64,000 nucleotides of DNA. Source: Eledone cirrhosa (lineage: Eukaryota). The notes beneath the pieces are model-generated. The model was not told the origin of the DNA. It did not search any database and saw only the letters and a program-made list of their open reading frames with translations. Shown here piece after piece: positions 60,880 through 64,000 of this stretch. Position numbers and translations under genes: made by a program. The stretch is from positions 6,386,001-6,450,000 of the forward strand of contig OZ024759.1 of NCBI GenBank assembly GCA_964016885.1, in the 5' to 3' direction. Position 1 is the stretch's first letter, and every line of letters starts with the position of its first letter.

Positions 60880-61530
60880 CCACCTTCCTGGTGGCAAGGT
60901 TGTAAAAGAAAAGAAATTGTCATCCCTTGAATCGCAAGAATGTTTTGCAAATTTTGAAGGTGCCAGCTATCGCAGCCATTTGTAGACTATGAATTAGGGA
61001 GCTGCGCTTTTTGTCCGCAAATCCAAGTTCAGTCATACTTTGGTCCAAGCGGGTTGGTATATAACCCGTAGCACCAATAATGATGGGTATGAAGCTAAAG
61101 GTGTATCTTGGATACTGGATTTGTAAACTCCTCATCAATGGTCCGTAGATGTCCTCCTTCTCCTGTATTTTTCTGACAACGTTTACATCAAGTGGGCAGC
61201 TGATCTCCACAACAGAACACGTTTTCAATGTGTGGTCCCAAACTACAATATCAGGCCGGTTGTGCTTTAATCTGGTGGCAGTTTTTATTTTCAGGTTCCA
61301 CCAGTATTCCTTAGTGCCATCTGTCTCAATATATTCTTCCTCGTTTGTTGTTAATTTTGTTTTCCGAAGTGCGTTCCAGATGGTTCTAGCTATCCCATCG
61401 TGTCTCATGGGGAGGTAGTAGCGAGATGACATTCTTTCGCAGCTGGCAACAATGTGGCTTACATCCTCGATCTTTGTTTTACATAGCCTACATTTATTGT
61501 CAGCTGCTGGCCCTCCTCTTTTGTGCAGCA
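60880..61530 (-). mobile_element. R4/Dong-like RLE 3' fragment (third family)
   Basis: YYLPMRHDGIAR...HNRPDIVVWD...VVEISCP...EKEDIY...IPIIIGATG. Confidence 0.82.
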
Positions 61531-61919
61531 GATATTTGGTATGTATGTATGTATGTATGTATGTATGTATGTATGTATGTATGTATGTGTGTGTATATAT
61601 ATATGTATATATGTATATTTACCAAAAAGAAGAACAAGTCAACATCATCATCTTGGTTAAGAGAGTGGGACTGGCTTTGTGCAGTGCCTTTGCTCACTAT
61701 AAAAGCTTCACGGCACAGGCATTGCTTTATATCTGGAGATCTCTCTGCACTTGTCGTCACATGGTACCATGGGCCCAGCACTATGTGTCAATAATTGTCA
61801 CAAGTGTAGTGTTTGTACCAGAGTTTTCAAGTTGCTGGCTGGACTAAAAAGTCACACTCATTCAGCGCATCGGTAAGGGTTCTCCTACATGGATATAAAG
61901 TAGTGGCTGTACTCGAAAA

Positions 61920-61973
<54 letters not shown>

Positions 61974-62420
61974 CCTCCATCAACGTATGACAGTCCATAA
62001 ATCACAAATTAAAATACAGGAATACAGAAAGATTGCATTTAGTGAACATATCGCCAATTGTCATCTCAACCAACTTCCAAACTTTAAAATTTTCTTTTCA
62101 CTTCTTAAACCTTGTTTGTATATAACATTATTCTTTCTTCTAACATGTGTGACACCACACTAATACATGTGACACCACACTAATACATTTTACTATCATT
62201 TGATAATGCATATAAATGCAGAAACCGGTAATAGACAATAATTAAATATATAAATAGATAAATAAATGCCATTGTTAAATAATAAATAAATCAACTAATA
62301 CCTTAACACTTCACACAAAGTAAAACATTTCGTTTTATTCATTTTCTAACCCAGAAGAGAGACAAAAATAAGGAAAAAAAAAAAATTTTTTTTTCCTCAT
62401 AATCGTCTCTTTCTCCCTGT

Positions 62421-62518
<98 letters not shown>

Positions 62519-62631
62519 TGTTAAATATGTCATTATATATTCTGTGTATTCTATTCTGTTATATAGACTGACTGCAGTAAATAGAATTGTAGTTTTAATT
62601 AGTTTAAATCATTAGATCTCGAGGATAAACA

Positions 62632-62732
<101 letters not shown>

Positions 62733-62950
62733 TGACACCAGTAAAAGCCAGTAAAAACCAGTTTAACTAGTTAATGTTTTCATTGTTAAATAATTGACAT
62801 ACGATGACAATTAGCTTTACCAAGTGGAGTTACTATAACAACCATGTTTTTTCTCCAGACCATTCTTCTAATGAAAGATGCTTCTAATGCTTTTCATTTC
62901 ATTTTTTTACTTCAAAAAATAAGTAAATAAAAGTTATATCTTGCAAACAT

Positions 62951-63520
62951 GGAAAGAATGGCTGGATATATTTTATGGGCAAAATCAGCCAGCCAGAGAC
63001 CCAGGGTAGACTCCGAACAAGATAGTTGGATAACATCCATGAGCTTGGCTGGTCACACTTGGGGATCCAGTCAGATTAAACATTCACTGTTGAAACATTT
63101 GAAGTTATAAGGAATTCCAACAAAGACCCTACATGTGGTTAGAATGTCTCAGAAAAGAATCGCTGGACAGATTTTCCAGGCAAAACCAACCGACAGAAGA
63201 CCCAGGGGTAGATCTTAACCAAGATGGTTGACACTACAGAGTGATCATACAAAATATTCTAGGTATCTAATAACATCTATTGTTGTCTTATCTAGTGTGC
63301 ACTGATCTTCTCTCTCTTTCACTATCTCCGTCTCTCTCGTTTATCTCAGGAAAGAATCACTGGACAGAGTTTACGGACAAAACCAACTGGTAGGAGACCC
63401 AGGGATAGACACCAAGCAAGATGGTTGGATAACATTCATGAGCTCAGTTAACCTCACTTGGGAGATGGTTGCTTCTGACAGGACCTGCTGGAAGGAGTAT
63501 TTGAGGACTCTGCCCCATGA
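62951..63520 (+). mobile_element. Three diverged RTE-like C-terminal remnants
   Basis: GAAAGAAT.GCTGGA...AAAACCAAC...AGACCCAGGG.TAGA...AGATGGTTGGA repeated near 62951, 63151 and 63349 (RPRGR..RW.D-like). Confidence 0.55.
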
Positions 63521-63779
63521 CCCTCTCAGGAATAAGTGGGTAGAGAAGAAGAAATAAATAAATAAAATTTATACAGGATGTTTCAAAACATTTGATGTCA
63601 TTTGAGATGAGAATATCCCCCAAAACTATCACAATATATGAATTATTGTTATAATGTTGACAAACTTTGAGGAATAAATCTTATGTTGCTCAACATTAAC
63701 CTCTTCAGTGCCGAAGATGAGATAACTCGTCCGGACATGTTTGAACTCTCTTCCAACAGTTCATAACTTCAAAGTTAAA

Positions 63780-64000
63780 TAATAATGAAAATATTGTGTA
63801 CAGTGCTCAGGTGCACTACAACTCATCAACAGTGTATGTAGAGTACATAGGGTAATGTACAAACGTCAGGAAAATGACAGAACATGAGTTATGATATACA
63901 CATGTGTGCATGTGTATGGAAGGGGGACATCAGGTGTAGTTTTGGCGAATTTCGGGAAGCATGACGGTTTTAAAGGATGTAGTGTCTCGGCAGCTAACAA
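63780..64000 (-). mobile_element. CR1-like LINE 3' end
   Basis: Minus strand VSCRDTTSFKTVMLPEIRQNYT* followed by a UTR ending in (ATT)n; runs off the window edge. Confidence 0.45.

Noticed and set aside
61630-61910. Degenerate Penelope GIY-YIG C-terminus on the minus strand (CREAFIV...SLNQDD)
   Set aside because: The resemblance is too weak and interrupted to call without a profile search.

Overview
Eukaryotic, AT-rich, gene-free intergenic/intronic DNA made almost entirely of transposable elements and tandem repeats. The repeat landscape resembles an octopus/coleoid cephalopod genome (inference from recognised SINE/LINE motifs, not from a search). Main content: (1) two intact, nearly identical 1022-aa RTE-clade LINEs arranged head-to-head (52574-55886 -, 56546-59861 +), with APE endonuclease, RT and a C4HC3 PHD-type finger inserted inside the RT domain, plus about a dozen truncated RTE copies; (2) R4/Dong-clade RT+restriction-like-endonuclease retrotransposons stacked in (TAA)n; (3) Penelope-like elements (Naiad-type RT and GIY-YIG) with inverted pLTRs, many short fold-back pLTR remnants and at least ten recognisable hammerhead ribozyme motifs of several families; (4) tRNA-derived SINEs, a hAT MITE, Helitron-like and piggyBac-like ends, and L1/Tx1 and CR1-like remnants; (5) 37-, 126- and 72-bp minisatellite arrays and multi-kb (GGT)n/(ACC)n/(CAA)n/(TA)n microsatellites that generate most of the spurious ORFs. 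No host protein-coding gene, rRNA, tRNA or CRISPR array is supported. All coordinates and alignments were made by eye.
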